Shown: positions 52,916 through 64,000, numbered from the stretch's first letter. The stretch: 64,000 nt of DNA from Cyanophyceae cyanobacterium (GCA_038321985.1 JBBQFN010000013.1:80106-144105), one strand, 5' to 3'. Made by a program: numbers and translations. The notes: generated by a model from the sequence alone, not told the origin.

Positions 52916-53294
52916 TCCCGTTCATTCCTAATATTTAAATGGGTGAGATGAGGCGATTGACTTAGACATTTTGGACAGTTTTAGCTCTCGTTTAATGAAG
53001 AAATCAAGGAGCGATCGCCCCCTCCAATGTAGGACAAAAAATTTGAAATTTGTCCGTTCTCTTTCTTTGGATAGATACCCTACCTGATTCTTTATGTTAG
53101 TCTGGATTTTAACTGACGTCACTACCGCTAACTAGGACAAGTTGAGGGATAATTCCAGAAATTTATAAAACTTAAAATACTCAAATTAATAAGAAATAAT
53201 ATCAATTTTTTAAACAGGCAAAAACACCGCTACCCTGATAAAAATAGGATATCAAACTGTAAAATTGAGTCTAATTCAAACAACTTTAAATGAC

Positions 53295-53741
53295 CTAAGT
53301 CTCTTCTCCCGTAATCAGCGCTTGTAAAAATTCTGGATCATCAAGCGCCGCTTGATGAATTCTGATTAACATCGTTGCAGCGGTGTTTCTATTGACATTT
53401 ATCTCCTGTGCTAATTGACGCGCACTGACTTTCTTTGAAGCTCTTAAAACGAGGGCAATTGCTTGAAACCACTTGGACAGTTCTACATGAGTTTTATGAA
53501 ATAAAGTGCCGACGGTTACGCTATAGGATGTAAAACATTGATTGCAATGATATCGTCTTTCATTTTTGAGGGCGGTTGATTTTTGGGAACTACAATAAGG
53601 ACATTGAGGTTTGCCTCCCCAGCGAATTTGTTCAAGGTATAAGGTCGATGTTTTATACATTTTAAAACTCGATTTTTTTAACTCCTCTTCATACAACTCA
53701 GTTCGATTTTTTAGGTTACGTTGTGCGATCGCCCTCCCCAA
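53295..53741 (-). CDS. IS1595-like Zn-ribbon/HTH protein lacking a DDE domain
   Basis: LEQIRW..CPYC..YHCNQC..SVTVGTLFH.T..KWF..SARQLAQEI; ORF ends before any catalytic domain. Start uncertain. Confidence 0.75.
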   Translation of the reverse strand: MGRAIAQRNLKNRTELYEEELKKSSFKMYKTSTLYLEQIRWGGKPQCPYCSSQKSTALKNERRYHCNQCFTSYSVTVGTLFHKTHVELSKWFQAIALVLRASKKVSARQLAQEINVNRNTAATMLIRIHQAALDDPEFLQALITGEET

Positions 53742-53937
53742 GGCGAAAACAACGATCCAACTAGGGGTCCTCAGATTCTCTGAATTAAGGGCAGATGCCC
53801 TCGCCTTTGGAAAAATGGCCCTTCCTGGGAGGAGATGGCCCCAAATTCCGGACTGTTCTTCCGCTAGGTAGGGTCCTTTAACGTGACTTCAAGAATCATA
53901 CAAGCTACAAAATTTGTGATTTGTATGATACTTTGGA

Positions 53938-53966
53938 ATAGTACAATGATTCAATAGATGTGTCAA
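53938..53966 (-). promoter_or_regulatory. Near-consensus sigma70-type promoter
   Basis: Minus strand TTGACA-N17-TACTAT, followed by the inverted repeat at 53895-53929. Confidence 0.6.
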
Positions 53967-54032
53967 GGCACCATGGAGCGTTCTTTGTAAAGAACTGTTA
54001 CAACCAGAACCCCCAGGTGACTGACATCAGAA

Positions 54033-55100
54033 GTGAGGAGATTTAATTCCTCGGGTGCATGGGTGGAACCGTCAATTTCGCTTACAATGCTTGACCCTTC
54101 GCCATTAAGGACTAGGGCTGTGGTATCAGAAGAAAAGAAGCAGAGATTTTCCCAACTTCTTAAACATATTCGAGGAAATGATGGGGTAAAAGAGTTTGCA
54201 GGGCGGATTAAAATTAAACTTCCCACCTACAGTTGTTGGGAAACTGGGAGAGCATTTCCTAGCGATCGCTTATGGGAAAATTTATTACCCCAGTTATGCG
54301 AGTTATCAGGATTTATGCCTGAATTCATTGATCGCTATTTGCGAGGTGACTATGAACTTGAAGACTTAGTTGAAGGGTTGGGACGGGAGGAATTGCAACC
54401 GCGATCGCGTTCTCTGATGACTCATGCGCGATTTAAAAGCTGGTTGTACAGTTTATCTTTATCCGAATCCATTCAAGTTTTAAAAGAGGCCGCCGAATGG
54501 GTGGTTAAATTAGCTTCTGGAGAGGATGATTTATCTTCGACAACTCCCCTTCCTAAGTCCCCGGAAAGTCTGAGTAATTTTCTCCAAACTTCAACCAAAT
54601 TAGGAGTTGAGCCGACGAGCGATCGCGAAGCAGTCATGAAAACACTTTTGAATCTCACCGACCATCTTTCATTAGAAGAGATGATTCAAGTGGATAATCA
54701 TCTGAGAAATTTGCTGGAGCAAAAACTTCAGACCCTTGGATTAGTGGAACGGAGAAAATATCAAAGTCATCCGTTGTATCTTTTAATTGAAGATTATCGG
54801 GTCAATAACAACCTAACCTATGAACAATTTGAAGCACAATTGCTCCAAGAAGGAAAAGAAGCAGGGTTGGAACCGACAACAGTAGCCCAAATTGTTCGAG
54901 GTCAGGCATTACCGAATAATCGAGAACTGATGTGGATTGGGGTTTTTATGAAAAAACCGGATGGGAGTTTGTATGACCATGACGAATTAGTTTGGTTGCG
55001 GGACGGGAGAGGGTTAACTGATTCAGAAGACTCGGACTCTCCCCCCAGTCATGATTTCTCGGAAACCGATCGCTCATGGGATCGTTCGTCAACCTCATGA
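54033..55100 (+). CDS. XRE-like HTH domain protein
   Basis: LLKHIRG...VKEFAGRIKIKLPTYSCWETGRAFPS; a second HTH-like segment near the C-terminus. Start uncertain. Confidence 0.65.
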   Translation: MRRFNSSGAWVEPSISLTMLDPSPLRTRAVVSEEKKQRFSQLLKHIRGNDGVKEFAGRIKIKLPTYSCWETGRAFPSDRLWENLLPQLCELSGFMPEFIDRYLRGDYELEDLVEGLGREELQPRSRSLMTHARFKSWLYSLSLSESIQVLKEAAEWVVKLASGEDDLSSTTPLPKSPESLSNFLQTSTKLGVEPTSDREAVMKTLLNLTDHLSLEEMIQVDNHLRNLLEQKLQTLGLVERRKYQSHPLYLLIEDYRVNNNLTYEQFEAQLLQEGKEAGLEPTTVAQIVRGQALPNNRELMWIGVFMKKPDGSLYDHDELVWLRDGRGLTDSEDSDSPPSHDFSETDRSWDRSSTS

Positions 55101-55160
55101 TTATCCTGCGCATCCTTGTGAATGTCATTAATCGTTAGCATAATTTTAAGGGTGCATACT

Positions 55161-55943
55161 ATGCGCGAAATTCCGAATGACCACAGCGATTGTCAACTCG
55201 CTCGTGAATTTAAAGCCATTTCCAACTTGTATCTACTGCGTCTGTTTTCTCAATTTTTACCCGGGGAACTGCATTCCTATTTTCATGAAGTCACTCTCCA
55301 TCTAAAACTGGATTCTAAACTCATGCAGTTTGATTGTCCTTCGGAAAAAGTAGCCGCGCGACTGCTAAAAATTTCCAATTCTATTGCTTTAGCCATCTAT
55401 GGAATGAAAGAAACCTTGGAAATGGGATTTATTCCCCACATCGAAATACTTTGTTTAGGAAAACGTTTTATTCCGCTGATTAACCCGAAACTTATGATCA
55501 AGGAGAGTTTAATGAGTTCGAGTTTTGAAGAGCAATCCCAAAGGAATTTACCCCAGAATCACCCCGATATAGACTTAAACGAATTGTATGGGACATCCCA
55601 TCCGATTTATATTACTCAAATGTCGGATCAAAAAGTTTTATTTGCCAATAAAGTTGCTCTTAATGTGAATAAACGAACTGCCGGAGAAATGGTGGGCAAA
55701 GAAGTGACGGCCCTCTGGGATGACGATGTTTTGAATAACCTGATGAAACAGCTTGAGCGCGATCGTGAACTCTGGCAGTATCATTATCCAGGATATCGAT
55801 GGGCGAAAGAAGAAAGTTCCCCCATGTGGCGACGCGATCGCTATATGTTCGTTGCCAATTATAAACTGATTGAATTTCTCGGTTCCGTCTGTCGTCTGTG
55901 TGTGATTACCTCGGCGGAAAAAATCCTGCCATCTGGGGTATAA
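55161..55943 (+). CDS. Hypothetical protein with C-terminal PAS-like domain
   Basis: PIYITQMSDQKVLFANKVAL...EMVGKEVTALW resembles a PAS core. Confidence 0.6.
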   Translation: MREIPNDHSDCQLAREFKAISNLYLLRLFSQFLPGELHSYFHEVTLHLKLDSKLMQFDCPSEKVAARLLKISNSIALAIYGMKETLEMGFIPHIEILCLGKRFIPLINPKLMIKESLMSSSFEEQSQRNLPQNHPDIDLNELYGTSHPIYITQMSDQKVLFANKVALNVNKRTAGEMVGKEVTALWDDDVLNNLMKQLERDRELWQYHYPGYRWAKEESSPMWRRDRYMFVANYKLIEFLGSVCRLCVITSAEKILPSGV

Positions 55944-56232
55944 CCCAAATTTGCGATCGCCTTACGAGAAGGACCCTACCCCATCCTCCCCGGGCGAAGG
56001 GGAGGGCGATTGGGGGATAGTAATAATTGAATGCCAAACCCCTAAAACCAAACCCACCCCCTGTTTAAACTTGCCCCCAGGGTCAATGAATTTATAAATT
56101 AAGCGGTTTTCGGAAACATCAGTCTGTTACCTTGATTAAGTTATTGTTATAGACCGCCTCGCACACCTGAATGTCAGTTGCAGCGCAACCCTGGGATTCA
56201 GGGCGAGTTTAAGCTAAAAATGGGTAAAAATT

Positions 56233-58056
56233 ATGGCGCTGATAGTCCAAAAATACGGGGGGTCCTCTGTAGGGTCCGTTGAACGCATTAACGCCGTGGC
56301 AGGGCGGGTTCTGAAAACCGTTCAGGGAGGTAATTCCGTCGTAGTGGTCGTTTCGGCGATGGGAAAAACCACGGACGGGCTGGTGAAATTAGCCAATGAA
56401 ATCTCGTCGAATCCCTCTCGCCGGGAAATGGATATGTTGCTTTCTACGGGAGAGCAAGTTTCGATCGCCCTGTTGAGTATGGCGTTGCAAGAATTGGGGC
56501 AACCGGCAATTTCCCTCACCGGCGCACAAGTGGGCATTGTTACCGAAGCGGCACATACCCGCGCCCGGATTTTGCGGATTGAGACTCAACGGATTGAGCA
56601 ACAGATCACCGAAGGGAAAGTGGTCGTGGTTGCCGGATTCCAAGGCATTACGAATACGAAAGATTTGGAAATTACCACCCTGGGACGGGGGGGTTCCGAC
56701 ACCTCTGCCGTGGCGATCGCAGCGGCATTACGGGCCGATCGCTGCGAAATTTATACGGATGTGCCCGGTATTTTAACCGCTGACCCTCGCTTAGTTCCTG
56801 ACGCCCAGCTAATGAGCGAGATTACCTGCGATGAAATGCTCGAATTAGCTAGTCTGGGGGCGAAAGTGTTGCATCCTCGGGCGGTGGAAATTGCCCGAAA
56901 CTATGGAGTACCTTTGGTGGTCCTTTCCAGTTGGACCGACGATCCGGGTACTCTGGTTAGTTCGCCGACACCCATGGCACGACCCCTAGAAGGGTTGGAA
57001 TTAGTGCATCCAGTGGATGGGGTGGAATTTGATACGAATCAGGCGAAAGTTGCCTTATTGCGGGTTCCCGATCGCCCCGGTGTGGCGGCGCAGTTGTTTG
57101 GGGAAATCGGACGGCAACAACTGGATGTAGACTTGATTATCCAGTCGATTCACGAATTCAACACGAATGATATTGCTTTTACAGTGAGTCAGGAGTCCGT
57201 GAATCAAGCAGAGGCAGTGGCAGCAGCGATCGCCCCCACCCTGCGCAACCGAATGGATCCGGCACCGGAAGAAGCAGAAGTCATGGTTGATCGTAACATT
57301 GCCAAGGTGAGCATTTCTGGTGCCGGAATGATTGGACGTCCCGGTGTTGCGGCGAAGATGTTCGCCACCCTTGCTGAGGCGGGGGTGAATATGCAGATGA
57401 TTTCCACCTCGGAAGTGAAAGTGAGTTGTGTAGTGGATGCGCACCAGTGCGATCGGGCGATCGATGCCCTCTGCCAAGCCTTCGAGGTGAGTTCTTCCCC
57501 CCTCCAATCTGGGGGTTCTCCTCACTCCAAGGCGATCGCCCGCAATACTCCCCCAGTGCGCGGCGTCGCCCTGGATTTAAATCAAGCTAGGGTCGCAATC
57601 CGGCATATACCCGATCGCCCGGGTATGGCGGCGAAATTCTTTGGAGTCCTCGCCCAGGAAAATATTAGCGTGGATACGATTATCCAATCCCAACGCTGCC
57701 ATATTATCAACGGTGTTCCCACCCGAGATATTGCCTTTACCGTCGCCCGCAATGATGCTAAAGATGCCCGTCGGGTATTAATTCCCTTAGCCGCAGATTT
57801 GGGATGTGGAGAGATCGTGGTAGACGAAGAAATTGCCAAAGTTAGCATCGTTGGTTCCGGAATGGTCAATCACCCCGGCATTGCTGCCGAAATGTTTAAT
57901 GCCTTGGCTAAAGAACACATTAACATCCAAATGATTGCCACTTCTGAAATCAAAATAAGCTGCGTTGTCGATCGCGATTCCGGGGTGAAAGCTTTGCAAG
58001 TCATTCACGCCATCTTCAATCTTGCCGGAACTCACAAAATCGAAGTTCCTGCTTGA
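56233..58056 (+). CDS. lysC: Aspartate kinase (four ACT domains)
   Basis: VQKYGGSSVG, TLGRGGSDTSA, YTDVPG, GAKVLHPRAVE and duplicated ACT pairs. Confidence 0.96.
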   Translation: MALIVQKYGGSSVGSVERINAVAGRVLKTVQGGNSVVVVVSAMGKTTDGLVKLANEISSNPSRREMDMLLSTGEQVSIALLSMALQELGQPAISLTGAQVGIVTEAAHTRARILRIETQRIEQQITEGKVVVVAGFQGITNTKDLEITTLGRGGSDTSAVAIAAALRADRCEIYTDVPGILTADPRLVPDAQLMSEITCDEMLELASLGAKVLHPRAVEIARNYGVPLVVLSSWTDDPGTLVSSPTPMARPLEGLELVHPVDGVEFDTNQAKVALLRVPDRPGVAAQLFGEIGRQQLDVDLIIQSIHEFNTNDIAFTVSQESVNQAEAVAAAIAPTLRNRMDPAPEEAEVMVDRNIAKVSISGAGMIGRPGVAAKMFATLAEAGVNMQMISTSEVKVSCVVDAHQCDRAIDALCQAFEVSSSPLQSGGSPHSKAIARNTPPVRGVALDLNQARVAIRHIPDRPGMAAKFFGVLAQENISVDTIIQSQRCHIINGVPTRDIAFTVARNDAKDARRVLIPLAADLGCGEIVVDEEIAKVSIVGSGMVNHPGIAAEMFNALAKEHINIQMIATSEIKISCVVDRDSGVKALQVIHAIFNLAGTHKIEVPA

Positions 58057-58267
58057 TGAAAGAGCAATGAGGGTGGGATTTTCTCCCTTACAAGGGTACA
58101 TTTTTTACGTTCATGGTGATTTACCTAAGAGTAAAGGGACTTCCGGTTCCCTCCCCAAGGCATCGGGGAGGGCTATGAACAACCAAAACTTGAAAAAAAT
58201 TACCCCCTAAAAAACCTGCTCTTGTAAGGAGTTTTCTCCCCCCTCATTCTTGTTATTATTCGTGATA

Positions 58268-59803
58268 TTATTCCGGCTTTTCTTCCGGAGTTTCTTCCGT
58301 CACTTTTTCGATCTGAAAATACAAAGCATTTAAATCATCCGTAGTTAAATCAAAAGCCGGTGTGGGATTGCGGAAATAAGGCGGAATCACCAGCACCTTT
58401 TTCGGACGGCGGTCGTTTGGTGCCGCGACAACCGCTTTAATCACCTTCAGATACTCTTTACCCGTGCTTTCCCAGGTGTATTCGTCTAAAACCAACTTTT
58501 GGCAGCGCGATCGCATCTCTTCCCATAAGTCTTGATCCCCCAAGAGTCGCTCTAATCCTCGGGCAATATCTGCGCAATCGCAGGGATCGACGAGCACCGC
58601 GCATTCCTCCGGTGCCTGTTTAAGCACTTCACTCAACCCGCTATTTTTAGTTACCACCAACGGCAACCCGGCGGCGGCAGCTTCCAAAGGTGCTAACCCA
58701 AACGGTTCAAATAACGAAGTGAGCGTAAACACCGAACCCCGTTTTGATAAAAATCGATAACAAGCAGCTAAAGCCGGCTGATCCGGCAAGGAGAACGCAC
58801 TAATCTTTCCAGCTAAGTTACTCTTTTTAACCACTTTACGAATCGGCGATAATACCCGTTCGTTTTCATCATCGCTGCATTCTTCCTCAAGCGGGTTATC
58901 GAGTCCCCCGGTAATCATCACCAGATTGGCGGTTTTTTGAAGCGTCTGGCTTTGAGCATACGCCTCCACTAGACCCTGTAAATTTTTCTTCGGTTCAAGG
59001 CGGCTAGAGGCCAATATAATTGGATATCCCCGCCGCTCCTCATCAATATCCCGTGCCAATCGTTCATCAATCAATTCCTGGATCGCTTTTTCGTTTGCGC
59101 AGGAAATATGAGGACTGAACATACTGGCATCCACTCCCGGTGCAATAACAACAAACCGGGTATCTTCTTCCACCTCAACTGCATCGCGATAAGCTGGATG
59201 AGCATACTGTTCAAAGCGTTCGGTTTGCGTGCTGGTAATATTCACCGCTGACCGATTCATGCTCAACCGTTCCGCCACTAACCGTCGAGTAAAATGAAAA
59301 TGCCTGTCTATGCTTTCCATATTTTCCGGGGTCATTTTCAGCTTGTCTATTTTTTGAGCCCCGAGGGAATGACCCGTAAAAGTAAAGGGAATACCTGTAG
59401 CCGCTTCAATTAAGACACCGGCGAGACCCCCATCCCCGTAGTGAGCGGTAAAAACCTCGGGGAACTCTCCCTCTTTTTCATAGAATTTAAGAATGTTGGG
59501 CACCCATTCTTTGACTAGATACGGCCAGAGTAGTTCTTTCCTAATAAATTCTTCGGGGCCAGCTGGAAAGCGAATAATCCGGACATTTTCAACACCAGGA
59601 TAGGAATCGAAGGGTTCGGCAAACGCGGGCCAGTCTGCATCAATAATCTGGCGGGTGAGGATATCAACTGGGTGCCCTTGATCCGCGATCGCGATCGCCA
59701 CCTGTTTTACATAAACTAACTGGCCCCCGAAATCTGGATGTTCGGTCAGATGACTATCTTTTGCATCGAAGTTACCCTGGGGATTGAGAAATGCAATACG
59801 CAT
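58268..59803 (-). CDS. Sucrose-phosphate synthase-like GT4 glycosyltransferase (no SPP domain)
   Basis: AFLNPQGNFD...EHPDFGGQLVYVK, HYGDGG, TGHSLG and EPFGLAPLEA. Confidence 0.85.
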   Translation of the reverse strand: MRIAFLNPQGNFDAKDSHLTEHPDFGGQLVYVKQVAIAIADQGHPVDILTRQIIDADWPAFAEPFDSYPGVENVRIIRFPAGPEEFIRKELLWPYLVKEWVPNILKFYEKEGEFPEVFTAHYGDGGLAGVLIEAATGIPFTFTGHSLGAQKIDKLKMTPENMESIDRHFHFTRRLVAERLSMNRSAVNITSTQTERFEQYAHPAYRDAVEVEEDTRFVVIAPGVDASMFSPHISCANEKAIQELIDERLARDIDEERRGYPIILASSRLEPKKNLQGLVEAYAQSQTLQKTANLVMITGGLDNPLEEECSDDENERVLSPIRKVVKKSNLAGKISAFSLPDQPALAACYRFLSKRGSVFTLTSLFEPFGLAPLEAAAAGLPLVVTKNSGLSEVLKQAPEECAVLVDPCDCADIARGLERLLGDQDLWEEMRSRCQKLVLDEYTWESTGKEYLKVIKAVVAAPNDRRPKKVLVIPPYFRNPTPAFDLTTDDLNALYFQIEKVTEETPEEKPE

Positions 59804-59989
59804 AAGCAGATTTTAACAAAACGACTGCCTCAAGTGTATAGGGTTGAGGCAAATTCGCCACCTTCTCAACATTAGCCTACTGCCTGAATCGTTAGCCGGT
59901 GAGTCTTTGGTCGGAAATGATAGATAATTTGAATCATGTCGATCGCTCTAATTTCGATAATCTAGAAGACAAAAGTGACTCAATTAATT

Positions 59990-60373
59990 ATGAATTCATT
60001 CCCATCCCAGATTCGTGCCATTGATGACGAACTCTCTAAGCGCAATCTTGCTCTCGATCCGGGCGGTTATTTCATCATTTACCTTGATCGCGAAGCCCAA
60101 TTAATTTGTGTCAAGCATTATACCAATGTCATTAACGACCAGGGGTTAGCAGTTGATCCGGAAACCGGGAAACCGATCCCAGCACGAGGAAAAGTAGAAC
60201 GCACCCACGAAACCCTATTCTCGGGGAGAACAGCCAAAGAACTGTGCGTAAAAATTTTAGAGGAAACGGACCCTTGTGCGGTAACAATGCTGGATCACGC
60301 CGCCTATCTCGGACGAGAATTGATGGGAGCTCAGATGGCGTTAGTGAGTGGGGAGGAGTATGTGCAGGACTAG
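59990..60373 (+). CDS. DUF4346 domain protein
   Basis: LDPGGYFII, GRTAKEL and LDHAAYLGREL...YVQD. Confidence 0.85.
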   Translation: MNSFPSQIRAIDDELSKRNLALDPGGYFIIYLDREAQLICVKHYTNVINDQGLAVDPETGKPIPARGKVERTHETLFSGRTAKELCVKILEETDPCAVTMLDHAAYLGRELMGAQMALVSGEEYVQD

Positions 60374-60454
60374 GAGTTAGAAGTGGGGGGAGCGCATTTT
60401 GAGAGAATGCGCTCATCCCGCAGGCGAGTTTCGCGTAAAAATCTTTGCCGTAAG

Positions 60455-61183
60455 TTACTGTAAAAATCCTCCTTGATAGAAATAATAGGTTGCCATTGGG
60501 ATAATGGTAGCTAGGACTAAGAGCACGATGACAATCATTGTGGAATTGCCCGTATCGGTTTCTTCCGCAGTAGCAAAGGTGCGTTCGATGTTCAAGCTAG
60601 TATCATAAATCGGGGGGCCGGGGTCCGGTTGCCCTGAAAGGATGGCAATCATGCGATCGCTGGCATCAGTTAAGGCTTGATTGTATTTATCCCCTTCTAG
60701 CAGCGGGACTTGCAGGGTTTCTTGGGCGACACTTTCGGCAATTTCAGCACTTAAGAGGGATTGAATCTCATCTCCGGCGCGAATGGCGGAGTTATTGGTG
60801 AGGGTATCGACTACCAGTAAGGCTTGATGGGCCGCTTCCTCCGGGGTAGGAAACCATTTGTCAAAGAGTTTTTGGGTAAAACTGTCGATGGTTTCGCCAT
60901 AGTCTAAGCGACGAATGGTAACGAGACGAACTTCGTTCCCCGTGGCTTTTTGGAGTTCATTGAGGGCTTTGCTAAGATTGCCTTTGGTGAGGCGGCTGAG
61001 GACATCTGCATCATCAATGGTCCAAGTCTGATCCCCAGCATGGAGGATAGGCATTTGATAGACCCCCGTCGCGGCAGCCGGTGCGACGGCGATCAGGGTT
61101 GCCAAGGCGATCGCCGTGAAAGATAAAATGAGTCCCTGAAATCCGGCTTTCCAGGTCATGATTCGATGGAGGATCTGTTTCAT
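60455..61183 (-). CDS. psb32: TPM-domain photosystem II repair protein Psb32
   Basis: Signal peptide, ATGVYQMP, VTIRRLDYGET, GQPDPGPP and C-terminal TM ATIIPMATY. Confidence 0.85.
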   Translation of the reverse strand: MKQILHRIMTWKAGFQGLILSFTAIALATLIAVAPAAATGVYQMPILHAGDQTWTIDDADVLSRLTKGNLSKALNELQKATGNEVRLVTIRRLDYGETIDSFTQKLFDKWFPTPEEAAHQALLVVDTLTNNSAIRAGDEIQSLLSAEIAESVAQETLQVPLLEGDKYNQALTDASDRMIAILSGQPDPGPPIYDTSLNIERTFATAEETDTGNSTMIVIVLLVLATIIPMATYYFYQGGFLQ

Positions 61184-61311
61184 AAAATGGGTCTTACAAA
61201 CTTATTGTTTAACTTTACCCCATTGAACCGGACGGATTAAACCCGATGCGAACTTAGCGACTTTCTAAAAAAGCAAAACTCCCCCACTTGTTGCTTCCCC
61301 TGAGCCGGTAA

Positions 61312-62121
<810 letters not shown>

Positions 62122-62209
62122 GCCTCCCTTTTTAAGTAAAATCCGCGCTACAAAAATGCCTCCGGGATTCAACGTAAAGCCGGTTTTAAAGAGTTATAAC
62201 GCACAAAAG

Positions 62210-62242
62210 TTAGCCTTTGCCAGAAAATTTGGCAAAGGCTAA
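62210..62242. terminator. Hairpin between convergent genes
   Basis: TTAGCCTTTGCCA...TGGCAAAGGCTAA. Confidence 0.6.
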
Positions 62243-62323
62243 GGGGTATAGCCCGGTTAAAGAGGAATTTTTTCTACCTGCTGTACCTCTGGGGTTAAGT
62301 TGTCCAATCTAGCGCCCAGGAGG

Positions 62324-62617
62324 CTATGGATTGACTGGGGAAAGGGATTCCGATTCCTGAACCTGCAAGCGATCACAAGGAATTCGCTCCGCCCCCGAGA
62401 GAAAGCCATTTTTACAAGTTTTGATTTCTAATTGAGCCTCTGGCATGGCGGTAAATAGTAATCGTTGTTCGGGAAACAGAACCCGCTCTAATTTAAAAGG
62501 GCTATTAAGAAGTTTCAAGACTTGAAGATAGGGAGTAGAATTGACATAGTAACACAGAAGGTTCTGAAAAACCTCCGTTTCTTGAAGGGGGTCTTCTAGA
62601 AGTGAATTTAATATCAT
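62324..62617 (-). CDS. DUF1830 domain protein
   Basis: LCYYVNST...Q......LERVLFPEQRLLFTAMPEAQLEI...IPCDRLQV. Confidence 0.82.
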   Translation of the reverse strand: MILNSLLEDPLQETEVFQNLLCYYVNSTPYLQVLKLLNSPFKLERVLFPEQRLLFTAMPEAQLEIKTCKNGFLSGAERIPCDRLQVQESESLSPVNP

Positions 62618-62859
62618 TATAAATTACCCTTGAGGTTAAGTTTTTTACTTTTAAACATGGGTTTTTCCACCCTTTATTTTTTAAAAAATGAGTGGAATTT
62701 CTCAATATCTGATTTTAGTTATACCTTTAATAAAATGAATTTATATCTATCTTTAGTTAGATTAAAGAGTGGGACTTGGACTGAGGCTGATCTCAGGAAT
62801 AGCCTGCCATGTTAAAGTCCCCTGTAGCAATAAATACAGTCCCGTAAAGGAAGAGAATA

Positions 62860-63768
62860 ATGAAACCCGCACCCTGGAGAGTTGCTTTTATTTTAGGGCT
62901 AGGGATTTTAGCCCTATCCACTGCGGCAATTTTAATCCGTTTAGCATTTGAGGCTGCCGGAGTTCAGGGAGTGGGATTTAGCCTGATTTTAGCCGCCTCG
63001 CGGTTAAGTTTAGCTGCACTGATGCTGATGCCTACCTGGAGAAATATCAAACCGCAACAAATGCAATCCGGGGCAATTTTTTATGCAGGGGTTGCCGGTG
63101 GTTTTCTCGCCCTTCATTTTGCCACTTGGATTACTTCATTATCTTATACATCCATTACCGCTTCCACTGCGATCGTCACCACCAATCCCGTTTGGATTGC
63201 CCTTTTTTCATTCGCCTTTGGAGAAAAACTAAACCCTGCCACGATAGTAGGAATTGCTTTAGCACTAATGGGGGGATTAGTAATTGGTTTTGGGGGTGTA
63301 GAATCTAGCACAAGCGGGACTAATCCGCTGCTGGGAAATAGTTTAGCCCTGATAGGTTCCTGGGCGATTAGCGGGTACTTATTATTAGGAAAAGAGGCAC
63401 AGCGTCGGGGGATAGGAATTGGAAATTATGCAGCGATCGCCTATAGTAGTGCCGCACTATTTTTGCTGCCCTTGCCGCTGTTATGGGGAACCCATTATTT
63501 CGATTATCCCGCCTCGGTTTATTTTTATATAGTCTTAATGGCGATCGGACCACAACTCATCGGGCATACTAGCTTTAACTGGGCATTACGCTGGATTTCC
63601 CCAACTTTAGTAACTTTAGTGATTCTATTTGAACCAGTTGGGGCCAGCATTTTAGGGTATCTTATCTTTGGAGAAATACCAGGAATGAGAGTAATCGGCG
63701 GTGCACTTCTTTTATTGATGGGAGTGGCGATCGCTGCCCTGGCAACTCGAACCATTCCCGCAGAATAA
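62860..63768 (+). CDS. DMT/EamA family transporter
   Basis: About ten hydrophobic segments; LALHFATWITSL, PQLIGHT.FNWAL and FEPVGAS. Confidence 0.9.
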   Translation: MKPAPWRVAFILGLGILALSTAAILIRLAFEAAGVQGVGFSLILAASRLSLAALMLMPTWRNIKPQQMQSGAIFYAGVAGGFLALHFATWITSLSYTSITASTAIVTTNPVWIALFSFAFGEKLNPATIVGIALALMGGLVIGFGGVESSTSGTNPLLGNSLALIGSWAISGYLLLGKEAQRRGIGIGNYAAIAYSSAALFLLPLPLLWGTHYFDYPASVYFYIVLMAIGPQLIGHTSFNWALRWISPTLVTLVILFEPVGASILGYLIFGEIPGMRVIGGALLLLMGVAIAALATRTIPAE

Positions 63769-63779
63769 TCCGCCTAAAA

Positions 63780-63807
63780 AGGGGCGAAAATTAATTCATC
63801 GCCCCTC
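63780..63807. terminator. Hairpin between convergent genes
   Basis: AGGGGCGA...TCGCCCCT. Confidence 0.55.
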
Positions 63808-63816
63808 AGTGAATCC

Positions 63817-64000
63817 CTACATCATCACAATATCGGACTGAGTAATCATCGTCGCCTCCACATTATTCAAAATAGCCAGAAGTTCACCCCCAACAGAAAT
63901 ATTAGTTCCCCCAGTCCCCTGAGTAATACTAACTTGCTCAAAAGTTAATCCAGCCGCCAATCCTAAACGGTCAATTCCCCCCTCAAAATCAACCACTAAA
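63817..64000 (-). CDS. 3' end of an RTX/hemolysin-type calcium-binding-like secreted protein (partial)
   Basis: Minus-strand frame ...VDFEGGIDRLGLAAGLTFEQVSITQG...GELLAILNNV...DIVMM*, typical of cyanobacterial RTX protein C-termini. Confidence 0.7.
   Translation of the reverse strand, partial: LVVDFEGGIDRLGLAAGLTFEQVSITQGTGGTNISVGGELLAILNNVEATMITQSDIVMM

Noticed and set aside
53943..53954. 12-mer ACAATGATTCAA shared with operator 3 at 37380
   Set aside because: The left TTGA half-site is absent, so it is not a full palindrome and may be chance.

Overview
This window looks like the chromosome of a filamentous cyanobacterium. The HIP1 octamer GCGATCGC is very frequent, and the gene set includes psb32, a GUN4-like protein, pentapeptide-repeat proteins, DUF1815/DUF2839/DUF6679 and a four-ACT aspartate kinase; an Oscillatoriales affiliation is an inference. 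Much of it is housekeeping or conserved-hypothetical sequence (tyrA, ahcY, hisH, lysC, fabG, a sucrose-phosphate synthase, a DinG-like helicase, an Anbu/ATP-grasp/alpha-E set). The accessory patches are a nested ISAs1/IS630 scar with truncated TA and phosphatase genes (19-24.7 kb), an orphan AT-rich C5 DNA methyltransferase next to a collapsed relic of the neighbouring efflux operon (29-30.4 kb), a repeat-bracketed orphan ParA (44.3-45.7 kb) and an endolysin-like/HTH cluster (50.4-55.9 kb). The most striking structure is at 36.2-39.1 kb. There an ImmA/IrrE metalloprotease and XRE repressor pair faces away from three uncharacterised genes, and the spacer holds back-to-back sigma70-type promoters covered by three TTGA-N8-TCAA palindromes. 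This is a lambda-like switch with no integrase or phage structural genes nearby, and is a candidate LexA-independent DNA-damage module. All family assignments come from motif recognition by eye; no searches were run.
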